64,000 nucleotides of DNA from Nitrosopumilus sp. (GCA_965205215.1 OZ242041.1:512001-576000), one strand, 5' to 3'. Shown: positions 1 through 10,545, numbered from the stretch's first letter. Made by a program: numbers and translations. The notes: a model not told the origin generated them from the sequence alone.

Positions 1-603
1 GAGCTGCAGGCCGTCCTGATGGCCGAGGCCGCCGCGCAGGGCGCGTTTGACGTGGGATACTCCTCCACGCTGAACCCGCTCATAGTAGCGGGGGGCCCAA
101 ACGGCGCGCTCCCCCACGCTCAGGTCTCGCAGCGGAGGTTCAGGAGGGGCGACATGGTCGTAGTGGACCTGACCCTGAGGTACAAGGGATACGTCTCTGA
201 CGCGACCCGCACGTTTGCGGTGGGGAGGCCAGCCTCCGGAGAGGCGCAGAACGTGTACGATATAGTGCGGGAGTCGCAGCGGCTCGGGCTCGCAGCGGCC
301 AAGGCCGGCGCCGCGTGCGGCAGCGTGGATGCCGTGTGCCGCTCGTACATAGAGCAGCAGGGGTACGGCAAATACTTTGTGCACTCCACGGGCCACGGCA
401 TAGGGCTGGAGGTGCACGAGCTTCCCGCCGTCTCTAGGAACGTTGCGACGAGGCTTCGCAGGGGAATGGCGATAACAGTCGAGCCGGGAATCTACCTGCC
501 GGGCAGGTTCGGCGTCAGGATAGAGGACTCGCTTGTAATCCGGGGGCCGGGACAGGCGCCCGGCGTGCTGCACAGGTTCACAAAGGATCTTGTCACGGTA
601 TGA
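1..603 (+). CDS. pepQ: Xaa-Pro aminopeptidase (M24B), 5' end outside window
   Basis: D-x10-DATRT, HSTGHGIGLEVHE, TVEPGIY and GVRIED metal-binding motifs. Confidence 0.92.
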   Translation, partial: ELQAVLMAEAAAQGAFDVGYSSTLNPLIVAGGPNGALPHAQVSQRRFRRGDMVVVDLTLRYKGYVSDATRTFAVGRPASGEAQNVYDIVRESQRLGLAAAKAGAACGSVDAVCRSYIEQQGYGKYFVHSTGHGIGLEVHELPAVSRNVATRLRRGMAITVEPGIYLPGRFGVRIEDSLVIRGPGQAPGVLHRFTKDLVTV

Positions 604-608
604 TCCGG

Positions 609-1139
609 TCAGTCGTAAAAGTTGACGATATCCACCACGTGCCTTGATGGCGGGTCGTCGGACGTCACTGTACCGGAGTCGGCGTCGACTGTCCACGTGT
701 AGTGGAGCTGGCCCTCGTGCGTGTCGATCCCAAACTCGACGTCGTATGCCTCTTTTTCCGCCGCCCCCCCGTCGGCGGCAGCGCTCACCACTACAGTGAC
801 CGCGGTCTCCTTGTGGCTATAGATCCTGTCGCCGAACTCTTCGGTGATCCTGTCTGATATGGCCTCCCCCATGCTGAACCCCGAGCCGTCAGGCCCCCTG
901 TACGACATCAGCATGTCGACCACGCGCGCGTCGCCTGCCTCCAGTTCGGGCAGCGCGTCCTCAAGGCTGCCCTTTGTGAGCTCCGGTACTACAAACACCA
1001 GAAAGAGCGCCAGCAGTCCGAGGTATATGGGGGCCCGCTTTTTGAGAAACGCCTTGAAGCTAGAGTCCGAGGAACCCGGGGGCTTTGCGCCGCCCTTGTC
1101 TGAACCCCTGACTTTTTTGCGCTTGTCCCTGGCCATCAT
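609..1139 (-). CDS. Hypothetical membrane-anchored protein
   Basis: Basic N-terminus, one TM segment (IYLGLLALFLVFVV); last gene of the minus-strand operon; start uncertain (1139 or 1166). Confidence 0.65.
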   Translation of the reverse strand: MMARDKRKKVRGSDKGGAKPPGSSDSSFKAFLKKRAPIYLGLLALFLVFVVPELTKGSLEDALPELEAGDARVVDMLMSYRGPDGSGFSMGEAISDRITEEFGDRIYSHKETAVTVVVSAAADGGAAEKEAYDVEFGIDTHEGQLHYTWTVDADSGTVTSDDPPSRHVVDIVNFYD

Positions 1140-1162
1140 ACACGTAAGGCGGCCCCGTGTTA

Positions 1163-2005
1163 TCAACGCATCGCCGTCAGTATCAAAACCTGCCAGGGAA
1201 ACGTTATGACACCGTCGCCGCCGCTGTCCCTGTCGGCATACGGCTCGGCGTTGCGCCGCACCTCCTCGACGAACTCCCTCCTCTTAGCGCGTCCTAGGGC
1301 GTCGATCTTTTCCCTGATGGGCTTGGCCACGTACCTCAGGTAGCCCCTCCAGTAGTCCTCAAACGTGCCGGGGCTGTACTGGAACGTGCGCTCCCTGACC
1401 GACACCTCTGAGAATCCGGCGCGCCTTACCTCCGCCCCGAGCTTGTCGCTGGTGGAGTACCTGTCAAGCTGGGGCGTCCCCTCCGGGATGTAGTCGGGTA
1501 TGTACTTTGCAGCGGCGTCGAATATCGCGCCGTAATACGGCACCCTGTCCCTGCCCCCGTGCACCACTATGCCCATCCTGCCCGATGCCTTGAGGCTCCT
1601 CCTCATACCCCTCAGGGCCCTCGGGGCGTCCGGAAAGAAGAACAGCGCGTACTGGCACGTAACTACATCGAACTTTCTTGCAAACGACAGGTTCTCGGCG
1701 TCCGCGTTCACGAACAGGGCTTTTCTGTTCCCCCTCTTGGCTATCCTGATTGCAGATGCAGACGCGTCGGCCCCGACGACCAGCCCGGAGTCGCCTACGG
1801 CCGGGACGAGCATCCTTGTGACAAAGCCGGTCCCGCACGCCACGTCGAGCACCGCGTCGCCCTCCGCGACCCCGACGTCCCTGATCAGGCTCGCGGTGCT
1901 CTGCAGGGGCCCGTCCACCCTGTTTGCCCACCGCCTGTGGTACTTGGGGGCCAGCTCGTTCCACGCCTCCATGTTTCTCTTCTTGTATCCGCCCTCCGCA
2001 TCCAT
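1163..2005 (-). CDS. Class I SAM-dependent methyltransferase (UbiE-like)
   Basis: VLDVACGTG motif I, ADAENL, FDVVTCQYALFFF; ATG at 2005 chosen, just after the coaBC stop. Confidence 0.85.
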   Translation of the reverse strand: MDAEGGYKKRNMEAWNELAPKYHRRWANRVDGPLQSTASLIRDVGVAEGDAVLDVACGTGFVTRMLVPAVGDSGLVVGADASASAIRIAKRGNRKALFVNADAENLSFARKFDVVTCQYALFFFPDAPRALRGMRRSLKASGRMGIVVHGGRDRVPYYGAIFDAAAKYIPDYIPEGTPQLDRYSTSDKLGAEVRRAGFSEVSVRERTFQYSPGTFEDYWRGYLRYVAKPIREKIDALGRAKRREFVEEVRRNAEPYADRDSGGDGVITFPWQVLILTAMR

Positions 2006-2010
2006 CGTGA

Positions 2011-3450
2011 CTACTCTCCTCTCTGCTCGGCCGCTGCCGCTGCCACCGCCGCAAGCTCCGCCTCTATCGCCCTCTTGATGAATCCGGCCACCGCCTCCTT
2101 TTTGCGCCATCCGGACTCCGACTCGGATGACGGCGACACTACTATGACGTTGTTCGAGCCGGGCCTCCCTTTGTACTCTGATCCGACGTCGTTTGCAACC
2201 ACGAGATCCGCGCCCGACTCCGCCATGCTGGCGCGCGCAGACCTTACCAGGGCCGCCCTGGACACGTCGGCCTCGGCCTTGAACCCGACCAGAAGCGCGT
2301 CCCTCTGCATCCTCCTTGCCATGCCGATGATCTTGGGCACGCGCCTGAGCCTGATCGTGAGCCCGTCTGCTTGATCGCCGCTCTTTATTTTTGTGCGCCG
2401 CCGCCTAGCGGGCGCATAGTCGGACACGGCCGCGGCCATCACAATGACGTCGAACTTCGCGCCCCCGAGCGCGGAACGCACCGCGGAGCGCATCTCGGCT
2501 CCCGTCTCCACCCTGGTCGTCTTGACGCCCTTGGGCGGCTCGTGCATTCCGGGACCATACACCATGGTGACGCGGGCGCCCGCCGCCGCAAGCTCGGCGC
2601 CCAAAAGCACCCCCGTCCTGCCCGAGCTGACGTTTGAGATCACGCGCACCGGATCCACAAATTCTACGGTGGGGCCCGCAGTCAGCAGCACGCGCGCGCC
2701 CCTGAGCGGGGACTCTGGGGGGCCGAACCTCGAGATCACGTGGTCGAGCACGTGCTCCGGTTCTGGCGCCTTTGCCTTTCCCTCCGTCATCTGGGGCCCG
2801 ACAAACGAGACCCCCCTCCTCTTGCTCAGGAAGCCGATGTTTCGCAGGACCGCCGGGTTCTCGTACATCGACTCGTGCATGGCGGGGCATACCACGATTG
2901 GAATCTTTGAGCCGAGCGCGACGGTCAGCACGGTGGAAACGGGGGCGTCGTCCATCCCGTTTGCGAGCCTGCCTATCGTGTTGGCCGTGGCCGGGTACAC
3001 GACTACGATGTCGGACCTGCCGTAGTCTGCAAGCCTTATGTGCTCCATGTCGCCTGTCAGGTCGGTTACCACGTCGTTCCCGGTGGCCCACTTGAGGTAC
3101 GCGGGACGGATCAGCCTGGTCGCGGCCTTTGTGGCCACGCAGGTGACGCTGCTGCACCCGTGTCTCATCAGGAGCCTTGCAAGCTCTATCGCCTTGTAGG
3201 CCGCCACGCTGCCCGCGATGCAGAGTATGATCCTCTTTCCGCGCAGCTCGCGGCCGTCCGACGATACGATGTCAAGGGACGGGTGCCTGACCTCCCCCTT
3301 TCGCCTGCCGCGACTTCTTTTTTTGCTGCCGTTTTTGCTACCACTGCTACCACTGCTACCACCACTGCCGCCGCCGGGCCTGCCCGCCCCGCGCCTATCT
3401 CCTACCGCCGTTCCTTCTCCCCTCCTCTCTTCTCTACCATGTCCGGTCAC
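2011..3450 (-). CDS. coaBC: Phosphopantothenoylcysteine decarboxylase/ligase
   Basis: GSVAAYKA, PATANTIG, PAMHESMY, TAGPT-E-DPVR, SSG-TG, AAVSDY, GFKAE, VAND; GTG at 3450 overlaps the panB stop. Confidence 0.95.
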   Translation of the reverse strand: MTGHGREERRGEGTAVGDRRGAGRPGGGSGGSSGSSGSKNGSKKRSRGRRKGEVRHPSLDIVSSDGRELRGKRIILCIAGSVAAYKAIELARLLMRHGCSSVTCVATKAATRLIRPAYLKWATGNDVVTDLTGDMEHIRLADYGRSDIVVVYPATANTIGRLANGMDDAPVSTVLTVALGSKIPIVVCPAMHESMYENPAVLRNIGFLSKRRGVSFVGPQMTEGKAKAPEPEHVLDHVISRFGPPESPLRGARVLLTAGPTVEFVDPVRVISNVSSGRTGVLLGAELAAAGARVTMVYGPGMHEPPKGVKTTRVETGAEMRSAVRSALGGAKFDVIVMAAAVSDYAPARRRRTKIKSGDQADGLTIRLRRVPKIIGMARRMQRDALLVGFKAEADVSRAALVRSARASMAESGADLVVANDVGSEYKGRPGSNNVIVVSPSSESESGWRKKEAVAGFIKRAIEAELAAVAAAAAEQRGE

Positions 3451-4340
3451 GTGGATGTCCGTCCTTTCTCCAGGCCCTCTGCCAGCCTGCCGCACTCGAC
3501 CTCGTCCATCTCAAAGCAGTTCTCCCGCGCGGGAAATGCGCCGCCTGCGACGTCGTCCACATAGGAGGACACCGCCTCCGAGATCTCCTCTGACAGGTTG
3601 CGGTATCTCTTTGCAAACTTTGGCTTTATCGCGTCGTACATCCCCAGCATGTCGTGTATGACGAGCACCTGGCCGTCACATTCGGGGCCCGAGCCTATTC
3701 CGATGGTGGGTATGGAGATCCCTTCCGTAACGGCCTTTGCGGCCTGGCGCGTCACGAGCTCCAGCACCACCGAAAAGGCGCCCGCCTCCTCCAGGGCCGC
3801 CGCGTCGTCAAGCAGCCTGCGGGCCTCTGCGGCTGTCCTGCCCTGCACCCTGTATCCGCCGGCAAGCCCCGCCGTCTGGGGCCGCAGTCCTATGTGTCCC
3901 ATGACCGGGATGCCCGCGTCCGTTATGCCTTTTACCTTTGACGCCATCTCGGAGCCGCCCTCCAGCTTTACCGCGTCGGCGCCCGCCCTGACCAGGCGGC
4001 CCGCGTTTGCAATGGCGTCGGATACGCCCGTCTGGTACGACATGAACGGCAGGTCGGACACTATGAACGATCTCTTTCTTGCGCGGCCCACCGCCCCGGT
4101 GAACATGCACATCTCCTCCATCGTGACCGGGACCGTGTTCTCGTACCCGAGCATGACCATCCCGGCGCTGTCGCCGACCATCAGGATGTCGGCGCCCGCC
4201 CCGTCGCACAGGGACGCGAGGGCATAGTCGTAGCTCGTAACCACCGAGATGCGCTCTTGGCGCCTCTTCTTTTCTGCGATGTCGCGGATCGTAATCCTTT
4301 TGCCGCCATTGACGTTCTCGGATCTTGCCACCGCGTCCAC
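3447..4340 (-). CDS. panB: 3-methyl-2-oxobutanoate hydroxymethyltransferase
   Basis: TSYDY, MVGDSAGM, DLPFMSY, AVKLEGG, GHIGL-PQ, IGIGSG, DGQVLV. Confidence 0.96.
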   Translation of the reverse strand: MDAVARSENVNGGKRITIRDIAEKKRRQERISVVTSYDYALASLCDGAGADILMVGDSAGMVMLGYENTVPVTMEEMCMFTGAVGRARKRSFIVSDLPFMSYQTGVSDAIANAGRLVRAGADAVKLEGGSEMASKVKGITDAGIPVMGHIGLRPQTAGLAGGYRVQGRTAAEARRLLDDAAALEEAGAFSVVLELVTRQAAKAVTEGISIPTIGIGSGPECDGQVLVIHDMLGMYDAIKPKFAKRYRNLSEEISEAVSSYVDDVAGGAFPARENCFEMDEVECGRLAEGLEKGRTST

Positions 4341-4358
4341 CGTCCTATTCCCGGCCGG

Positions 4359-5300
4359 TCACTCCGGTTGTGGGCCGTGCGCAGTAATGGCATCGGAAGC
4401 CGTGGCGGCCGTGGCAGTTGAGCCGCCGCCGCTTGCCGCCGCCCGCATGCCCTGCAGGCGGCCCAGGTTGCCGGTGATCTGGCGCACTGCCTGCGCTAGG
4501 TTCCCCTCGTTGTCAAAGTTTCGCGCAATCCGGGCCGCCGCCTCCTCTGCCGGCTTGGCGCCTCCTCTGCCGCCGCTGCGGTAGTCACCGACCTCCTCCT
4601 CTCCTGCAAGATCCCGGCACTCCTCCAAGAGCACGTCTATCGCCCTCGTGATGTTGTCTATTATGCTGATGTCCGCTGTCTGCGCGGTCCTGGACAGCGG
4701 GTTGAGATCAAACGTGATGACCGTCTTGCCCGCCCGCTTGAGCGCGGCAGTGCGGTCCCCGTCCTCAAGCGGCACCACCACCGTGTCGGCCGCGAAGATT
4801 CCGTCCCTGTCGACCATCCTGCGCGCAGAGTCCGTCCCGTGCAGCACGGCCATTCTCTCCGGGTCAAGCCCCAGCACCCTTTTGGCGCCGTGTTGTCGCA
4901 GGCGCCCCGCTATCGCGCCCCTTCGCCCGGGGCTGTCATAAAACAGGTTCACCTCCAGCGCGGATCCCGTGCACTCTGCAAGCGACACAAGCTGCTCCGC
5001 GCACAGCGCGGCCGCGTTTCCGTTTACCGATATGACCGGCCTGTCCGACGCGCACAGCGCGGCCGCGGCCGCCCTGCACGCCTGCCTGGCCGCTGTGCCG
5101 GTCACCTCGCCGAGCAGATAGTCGAGCGCCTCGCCCCTTCCGTGCGCCAGCAGCCCTTCCGCTGCGACCAGCCCCTCCTCAAAGCCACCTACAAGCCTGT
5201 GCCGTATGCGGAGGGACTCGGCCCTTGGGTGGGACTCTGGCACCACCGCATCCTGCGCGGCGTGCACCGCCCTCCCCGTTTCTGTCGCCACCACCGCCAA
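4359..5300 (-). CDS. pps: Archaeal phosphopantothenate synthetase
   Basis: HPRAESL, AHGRGEA-DYL-GE, PVISVNGN, VPLEDGDR, DLNPLSRT; CoA operon context. Confidence 0.93.
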   Translation of the reverse strand: MAVVATETGRAVHAAQDAVVPESHPRAESLRIRHRLVGGFEEGLVAAEGLLAHGRGEALDYLLGEVTGTAARQACRAAAAALCASDRPVISVNGNAAALCAEQLVSLAECTGSALEVNLFYDSPGRRGAIAGRLRQHGAKRVLGLDPERMAVLHGTDSARRMVDRDGIFAADTVVVPLEDGDRTAALKRAGKTVITFDLNPLSRTAQTADISIIDNITRAIDVLLEECRDLAGEEEVGDYRSGGRGGAKPAEEAAARIARNFDNEGNLAQAVRQITGNLGRLQGMRAAASGGGSTATAATASDAITAHGPQPE

Positions 5301-5307
5301 GCCGCCG

Positions 5308-6345
5308 TCACCACCTGCCCCCCGGAAGGGGCCTTGCGCCCCGCCGGTCGATTCTTGATTTTATCACGTGGCCGGAGCCGTAACTCCTGAGTATCTGTTC
5401 GGCCCTTGCCTCTGCCGCGCCTCCCGCCTCCACCATGCAGAATATCGTCTCGCCGAACAGCGCGACGCCGCACCTGATGCCCGCGTCCCGCAGCGCGCTT
5501 GTGACGCGCCGCATCCTCGGGGTTACCACCCCGACGTGCTCTGCGAACTCCAGCGACATGTCCTCAAAGTGCGCATAGTCCCTTGATCTCTTGAGCCTTC
5601 CTATCATCTCGCCCCCGAGCCCGTTGATGTGCGGAAGGCGCTCTGCGATGAACCGGCGCGTCGATATCGGCGCCATGCACAGCACCAGCACGGTAACGTC
5701 GCCGGCCGGAATGGCCTCCACCGTGCCCACCCCGGGCGCGCCGGGCTTGGTGCGCACCTCGAACCCGCCGTGGTACGACGCCAGCACGTCCCCGAGCCCC
5801 GTCCTGCACTCTATCTCGGCCTCGTGCGCGATGCCGCCCAGTTCCTCGCGCGCCATGCCGGCGCCAAGCGCGTCGTTGAGGGCGTATGCAAGCGAGAGCG
5901 CGACCGCGCCGCTGCATCCCAGGCCGTACCCGACGGGGACCGATATCTCGTGCCTGACGTCGAGCACCGAGCCTGCGGGGACCGTAGTACCCCTGCGCCC
6001 CGCGGCCTGCAGGAACCGCCGGATTGTGATCTCTGAGAGGGTCGTGTCGTCCGTGCCATACCCCGTGGTCGTTATGACGTATGACGGCGTGGCGTTGGCG
6101 TTGGCGGAACCGCCGCCATCGGTACATTCAGTGTCAACGGCGGGCGCGTGCGCACCCCCGGCGCGCCTTCCTGCCCCGCGTGCGTCCGTAAGGCCGACCC
6201 TTGTCGTCACCCCGACTGCAAGCGAGAATCCCGCGCCCGTCGAGCCTGCCTCCTGCATCCGGTCCGCGCTGCCTTCCGCAAAGGCCTTGAAGAATCCGGT
6301 GATATGCGCCGGGCAGAATGCCGCCGCCTGCCTCCATGCAGCCAT
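5308..6345 (-). CDS. pok: Pantoate kinase (GHMP family)
   Basis: AFCPAHITGFF, GSTGAG, PVGYGLGCSGA, AHEAEI-TGLGDV; upstream of pps. Confidence 0.92.
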   Translation of the reverse strand: MAAWRQAAAFCPAHITGFFKAFAEGSADRMQEAGSTGAGFSLAVGVTTRVGLTDARGAGRRAGGAHAPAVDTECTDGGGSANANATPSYVITTTGYGTDDTTLSEITIRRFLQAAGRRGTTVPAGSVLDVRHEISVPVGYGLGCSGAVALSLAYALNDALGAGMAREELGGIAHEAEIECRTGLGDVLASYHGGFEVRTKPGAPGVGTVEAIPAGDVTVLVLCMAPISTRRFIAERLPHINGLGGEMIGRLKRSRDYAHFEDMSLEFAEHVGVVTPRMRRVTSALRDAGIRCGVALFGETIFCMVEAGGAAEARAEQILRSYGSGHVIKSRIDRRGARPLPGGRW

Positions 6346-6409
6346 GATCGTTGTTTAAATTATCGACAAGATATAAAAATATGGATTAAATTACTATAAC
6401 AGGTATAAA

Positions 6410-7489
6410 TTGACTAAATTCACGCGACGCCTGCAGAAGATAGGAAACAGCACGCTGGTCTCGCTTCCAAAGGAGTGGGTGGACTCGCACAACCTGAAGA
6501 AGGGCGGCCGCGTCGAGCTGGAGACCGTGGGGCGCGACTCGATATCGCTCTCCGTGTCGGAAGGCGACGGCGTGGAGGCCCGCGCCACGGCCGACCTGGT
6601 CATATCGTATCCACTGCCGGCCGAGGAGAACATAGTGGCGGACACGACGGGCGCGTACCTGCTCGGGTACGACGTCATCAGGATAGAGTCCGGCGACGCC
6701 GGCGTCATACCCGTCGGCGACCGCGAGGAGATACGCAACTCGATGAGGCGGCTCGTCGGCATGGAGATCATAGAGGAGGACGCCTCGCACATCGAGATGC
6801 AGTTCCTGCTTGACGCGGCCACCCTGAGCCCGGCCAAGATACTCAAGCGCATGTCCTCCATCGCGGTCGGAATGTGCGGGGACGTCACGCGCGGGCTGGT
6901 CTCCGACGACAGGTCCAACCTGCAGACCATTCCAAACCGGGACATAGAGGTGAACAGGCAGTACTTTCTGCTCGTGCGGCTGATCAGGAGCAGCTTGGCC
7001 GACCGGCGGCTTGCAGGCGCGTTCAACCTGGGCAGCATAGACATCCTGGACTACAGGGTGGCCGCCAACCTGCTTGAGAACGCCGGCGACTCCGTAGTCG
7101 AGCTTGCAGGACTGGTGGCAGGCTCGTCCCTCTCCTCCGGGCAGTCCCAGATGATATTTGAGGCAGTCCAAGAATTTGAGAGGACGGCCTCCTTGGCGAT
7201 AGACGCGTTTACGGCGCCCGACAGGAGGCTTGCAATCGAGGCCATATCGCTGCACCGCCGCATGCAGGAGAGGCTGGCGGGACTCCGCACCATGCAGCCG
7301 GGGCCCGGCGGCCGCGCCGACGCGCGCAGCGCGGCGGCCGCCGGGGCCGCGGCCGACGGGCAAGAGGACGGGCCGGGCGGACAGCTCCCCGTCGACTTTA
7401 TAGACGTCATACACATGTATGAGAAGATTGCAAGGTCGTGGGCCGACGTGGCCGACCTTGTCAAGCCCATATATGACGACAAGGCCTAG
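6410..7489 (+). CDS. phoU: Phosphate uptake regulator (AbrB N-terminus plus PhoU repeats)
   Basis: RRLQKIG-S-LVSLPKEW AbrB motif, AYLLGYD, LENAGD, EKIARSWADVA; TTG start. Confidence 0.88.
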   Translation: MTKFTRRLQKIGNSTLVSLPKEWVDSHNLKKGGRVELETVGRDSISLSVSEGDGVEARATADLVISYPLPAEENIVADTTGAYLLGYDVIRIESGDAGVIPVGDREEIRNSMRRLVGMEIIEEDASHIEMQFLLDAATLSPAKILKRMSSIAVGMCGDVTRGLVSDDRSNLQTIPNRDIEVNRQYFLLVRLIRSSLADRRLAGAFNLGSIDILDYRVAANLLENAGDSVVELAGLVAGSSLSSGQSQMIFEAVQEFERTASLAIDAFTAPDRRLAIEAISLHRRMQERLAGLRTMQPGPGGRADARSAAAAGAAADGQEDGPGGQLPVDFIDVIHMYEKIARSWADVADLVKPIYDDKA

Positions 7490-8007
7490 CCGTTCTTGGA
7501 CGCGTACGCCAGGGCCGCGCATATCGTCTTCGAGTCGCGTATCCTGCCGGTCCTTATCATCTGCAGCAGCCTCTTGAGGCTCATCCTGCGTATCGTGATG
7601 TCCTCGTCGTCGTCGGGGCTCTGCCCGCCGGGGGCCGGCCTCAGTTTTGTGGCCACAAAGCAGTGTATTATCTCGGTGCTGTACCCTATGGACGGGTAGA
7701 ACGAGACCAGGCGCTTCATGCTTCCCGCCGCGAATCCCGTCTCCTCGCGCAGCTCCCTCTTGGCGCACTCCAGGGGCTCCTCCCCCCTCTCAAGCGTCCC
7801 GGCGGGTATCTCAAGGGTGGGGCCGTGCGGGAACCTGTCCTGTTCGACCAGTATCACCCTGCCGCTGTCGTCAAACGCCAGCATGGCGGCCGCGCCCGGG
7901 TGCTCTACGATCTCGCGGCGTATCTTCTTTGATGCGGGGCCGCGAGGCCTGCCCTCGTACACGCGCACGTTGATTATCTTTCCGTCGTACACGTTCCTCT
8001 TTCTCAT
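7486..8007 (-). CDS. NUDIX hydrolase (ADP-ribose pyrophosphatase-like)
   Basis: EHPGA, Nudix box G-x5-E-x5-AKRELREETG, DSKT. Confidence 0.92.
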   Translation of the reverse strand: MRKRNVYDGKIINVRVYEGRPRGPASKKIRREIVEHPGAAAMLAFDDSGRVILVEQDRFPHGPTLEIPAGTLERGEEPLECAKRELREETGFAAGSMKRLVSFYPSIGYSTEIIHCFVATKLRPAPGGQSPDDDEDITIRRMSLKRLLQMIRTGRIRDSKTICAALAYASKNG

Positions 8008-8253
8008 GTGGATGCGGCCGCGTGGCCGTTATTTATTGGGTGGCCGCGTTGGCCGCTGCTGCCGCTGCCGGGGCTTGGGAGGGACCGGGCAGCGGCGCCG
8101 TGTGGCAGGCACTTGTTTCGTAACCACCACACAAAGTCAGAGGTTTGCGCGCCCGGAGTTGGAATCAGGGAGGCGGAGCATGCAGGAGGGTGGAAAGGAA
8201 GGAGTCGCCGGATCCACCTTGAAACCTAAATAGAGATAGCCACCAGCCGTCCC

Positions 8254-10533
8254 ATGATCTGCAGACGGTTCTGGGGCACGCCCCGCTCTGTGATTGCGGC
8301 GCCGCCGAATGCAGCGGCGACGACAACGGCAACAGTTGCAATGGCGGCTGCCGTCTGCGCCATTGTAGTGGCGGCAGCCGCCTGCGCTCCGGGTCTGGCG
8401 TTTGCCGATGCTGCCACCACCCCCACCGATGCTGCCACCACCACCGCGTCCATGTCCGGCAGCGTGCTGGACGAGAGCTGGGGCTGGTTCGTCGTGGTGG
8501 GCTTCGGGGCAGTCTTTGCAGTCGTGATCACGATCGAGACGAAGGTGGAGGAGCGGTACCTGGGGGTCTCCCAGACCTCCGAGTGGTTCAACACGGCAGG
8601 CAGGGTGATCAAGACCGGACTGACCGCGGCCGCCATCGTGTCCGCGTGGACGTGGGCGGCCACCATCCTGCAGTCCTCGACGGTCGCCTACCAGTACGGG
8701 GTGAGCGGCCCGTTCTGGTACGCGGCGGGCGCGTCCATACAGGTCCTTCTCTTTGGCATACTGGCAATCGAGCTCAAGCGCAAGGCGCCCAACGCGCACA
8801 CGTTCCTGGAGATAATACGGGCCAGGTACGGCGGCGGCGCCCACCGGGTCTTCCTGGTGTTCGCCCTGATGACCAACATGATCGTAACCGCCATGCTGCT
8901 ACTCGGGGGCGCCGCGGTCGTCCACAGCCTGACGGGCATGGACATCTCCGCCGCCGCGCTGCTCATACCGGTGGGCGTCATAGTGTACACGCTGGTCGGC
9001 GGGCTGAAGGCCACGTTTATCGCAAACTACATGCACACTGCAGTCATATTCGTCGTGATACTGATCTTCGCCGGCGTGGTCTACTTTGCCAGCCCCATTA
9101 CGGGCGGCATCGAGGGCATGTACGACAAGCTCGTCGAGGCCGCGCGCACCAACCCGGTCGAGGGCAACGCGGCCGGCGCGTACCTGACCATGGCTTCGGT
9201 TGGCGGCCTGATATTCGGCGTGATTACCATAGTGGGCAACTTTGGCACCGTGTTCGTCGACCAGGCGTACTGGCAGAGGGCCATCGCCTCCAGGCCCACC
9301 GCCTCGGTCAAGGCCTTTCTGCTCGGCGGCGTGTGCTGGTTTGCCATCCCGTTCGCGCTGGCAAGCACGATGGGGCTTGCCGCCGTCGCGCTCGGGGTCG
9401 ACCTGACGCCGGAGGAGGTCCAGCTCGGGCTGACCATATCGGCCGCGGCCTCCGTCCTGATGGGGGAGGCGGGGGCCGTGCTGGTACTCGCCATACTGTT
9501 CATGGCCGTCACGGCCGCCGGATCGGCCGAGCTGATCGCCGTCTCGTCGCTGATCACATACGACGTGTACCGCACGTACAAGAGGCCTAACGCGACGGGC
9601 AGGCAGCTGCTCAGGGTGTCGCGCATATCCATAGTGGCGTTCGGGGTGGGCATGGGGGGCCTGGCCGCGGTGCTGCTCGGCATGGGCCTCTCGCTCGGGT
9701 TCGTATACCTGGCCATGGGCGTGCTGATAGGCTCCGCCGTGATACCGATAGCGCTGACCATAACGTGGAGGCACACAAACAGGTATGCCGCCACCGCGGG
9801 CGCCGTCGCCGGGCTGTTTGCCGCGCTCGGCGTGTGGGTGGGCGTTGCCGCGTCGCTGCCGGAGTTCGGGGGCGAGGTCTCGCTTGCCAGCTTGGGCCAC
9901 AACTACTCGATGCTCGCCGGGAACATAGCGGGCATAGTTACGGGCGGCGCCATAACGTTAGTCGGGAGCCTGGTGTCCCGCGCCAAGTTCGACTGGAACA
10001 TGATGAGGTACAGGATCAAGCTCGTGGACACCGGTGGCGCCGGCGTCAGGGACGACGAGGCGGATCCCGACGCCGACGAGGCGACCCTGCGAAAGGCCTT
10101 CAAGTTCAGCCTCAGGGGGGGCGTGGCAATTACGCTGACGTTGACCCTGGCGTGGCCCATGCCGCTCTTCTTTGCCGGGTACGTGTTTGACATGGGGTTC
10201 TTCTACCTGTGGGTCGGCATAGCCCTGGTCTGGGTGTGCGTCGCGACCTCCCTCATAGTCGGCCTGCCCATAATAGAGTCGAGGCACGGGATCGCTCAGG
10301 TCATGCGGCGCAAGAGGACTACTGCCGAGGAGCGGTGGGAGGAGTATTTTATGAAGGAGAGGGGCGCGGCCGTATACGACTATGACTGGTGGGACGAGGA
10401 GGAGGACGAAGAGGAGGACAGCGACGGCGCGCGCGACGACGCGCTAGTGACAGGAGAGGAGCCTGACGGAAAGGAGGAGCCTGACGGAAAGGAGGAGCCT
10501 GACGGAAAGGAGGAGCCTGACGGCAGGGCGTGA
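8254..10533 (+). CDS. dur3: DUR3-type urea active transporter (sodium:solute symporter family)
   Basis: SAWTWAATILQSS, YGVSGPFWYAAGA, APNAHTFLEI, GNFGTVFVDQAYWQRAIA; many TM segments; true start may be 8341 or later. Confidence 0.9.
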   Translation: MICRRFWGTPRSVIAAPPNAAATTTATVAMAAAVCAIVVAAAACAPGLAFADAATTPTDAATTTASMSGSVLDESWGWFVVVGFGAVFAVVITIETKVEERYLGVSQTSEWFNTAGRVIKTGLTAAAIVSAWTWAATILQSSTVAYQYGVSGPFWYAAGASIQVLLFGILAIELKRKAPNAHTFLEIIRARYGGGAHRVFLVFALMTNMIVTAMLLLGGAAVVHSLTGMDISAAALLIPVGVIVYTLVGGLKATFIANYMHTAVIFVVILIFAGVVYFASPITGGIEGMYDKLVEAARTNPVEGNAAGAYLTMASVGGLIFGVITIVGNFGTVFVDQAYWQRAIASRPTASVKAFLLGGVCWFAIPFALASTMGLAAVALGVDLTPEEVQLGLTISAAASVLMGEAGAVLVLAILFMAVTAAGSAELIAVSSLITYDVYRTYKRPNATGRQLLRVSRISIVAFGVGMGGLAAVLLGMGLSLGFVYLAMGVLIGSAVIPIALTITWRHTNRYAATAGAVAGLFAALGVWVGVAASLPEFGGEVSLASLGHNYSMLAGNIAGIVTGGAITLVGSLVSRAKFDWNMMRYRIKLVDTGGAGVRDDEADPDADEATLRKAFKFSLRGGVAITLTLTLAWPMPLFFAGYVFDMGFFYLWVGIALVWVCVATSLIVGLPIIESRHGIAQVMRRKRTTAEERWEEYFMKERGAAVYDYDWWDEEEDEEEDSDGARDDALVTGEEPDGKEEPDGKEEPDGKEEPDGRA
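10456..10523 (+). repeat. 18-bp tandem repeat (GAGGAGCCTGACGGAAAG) x3.8 encoding EEPDGK
   Basis: Read directly at the 3' end of dur3. Confidence 0.95.
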
Positions 10534-10545
10534 CCGCGCCGCGCG

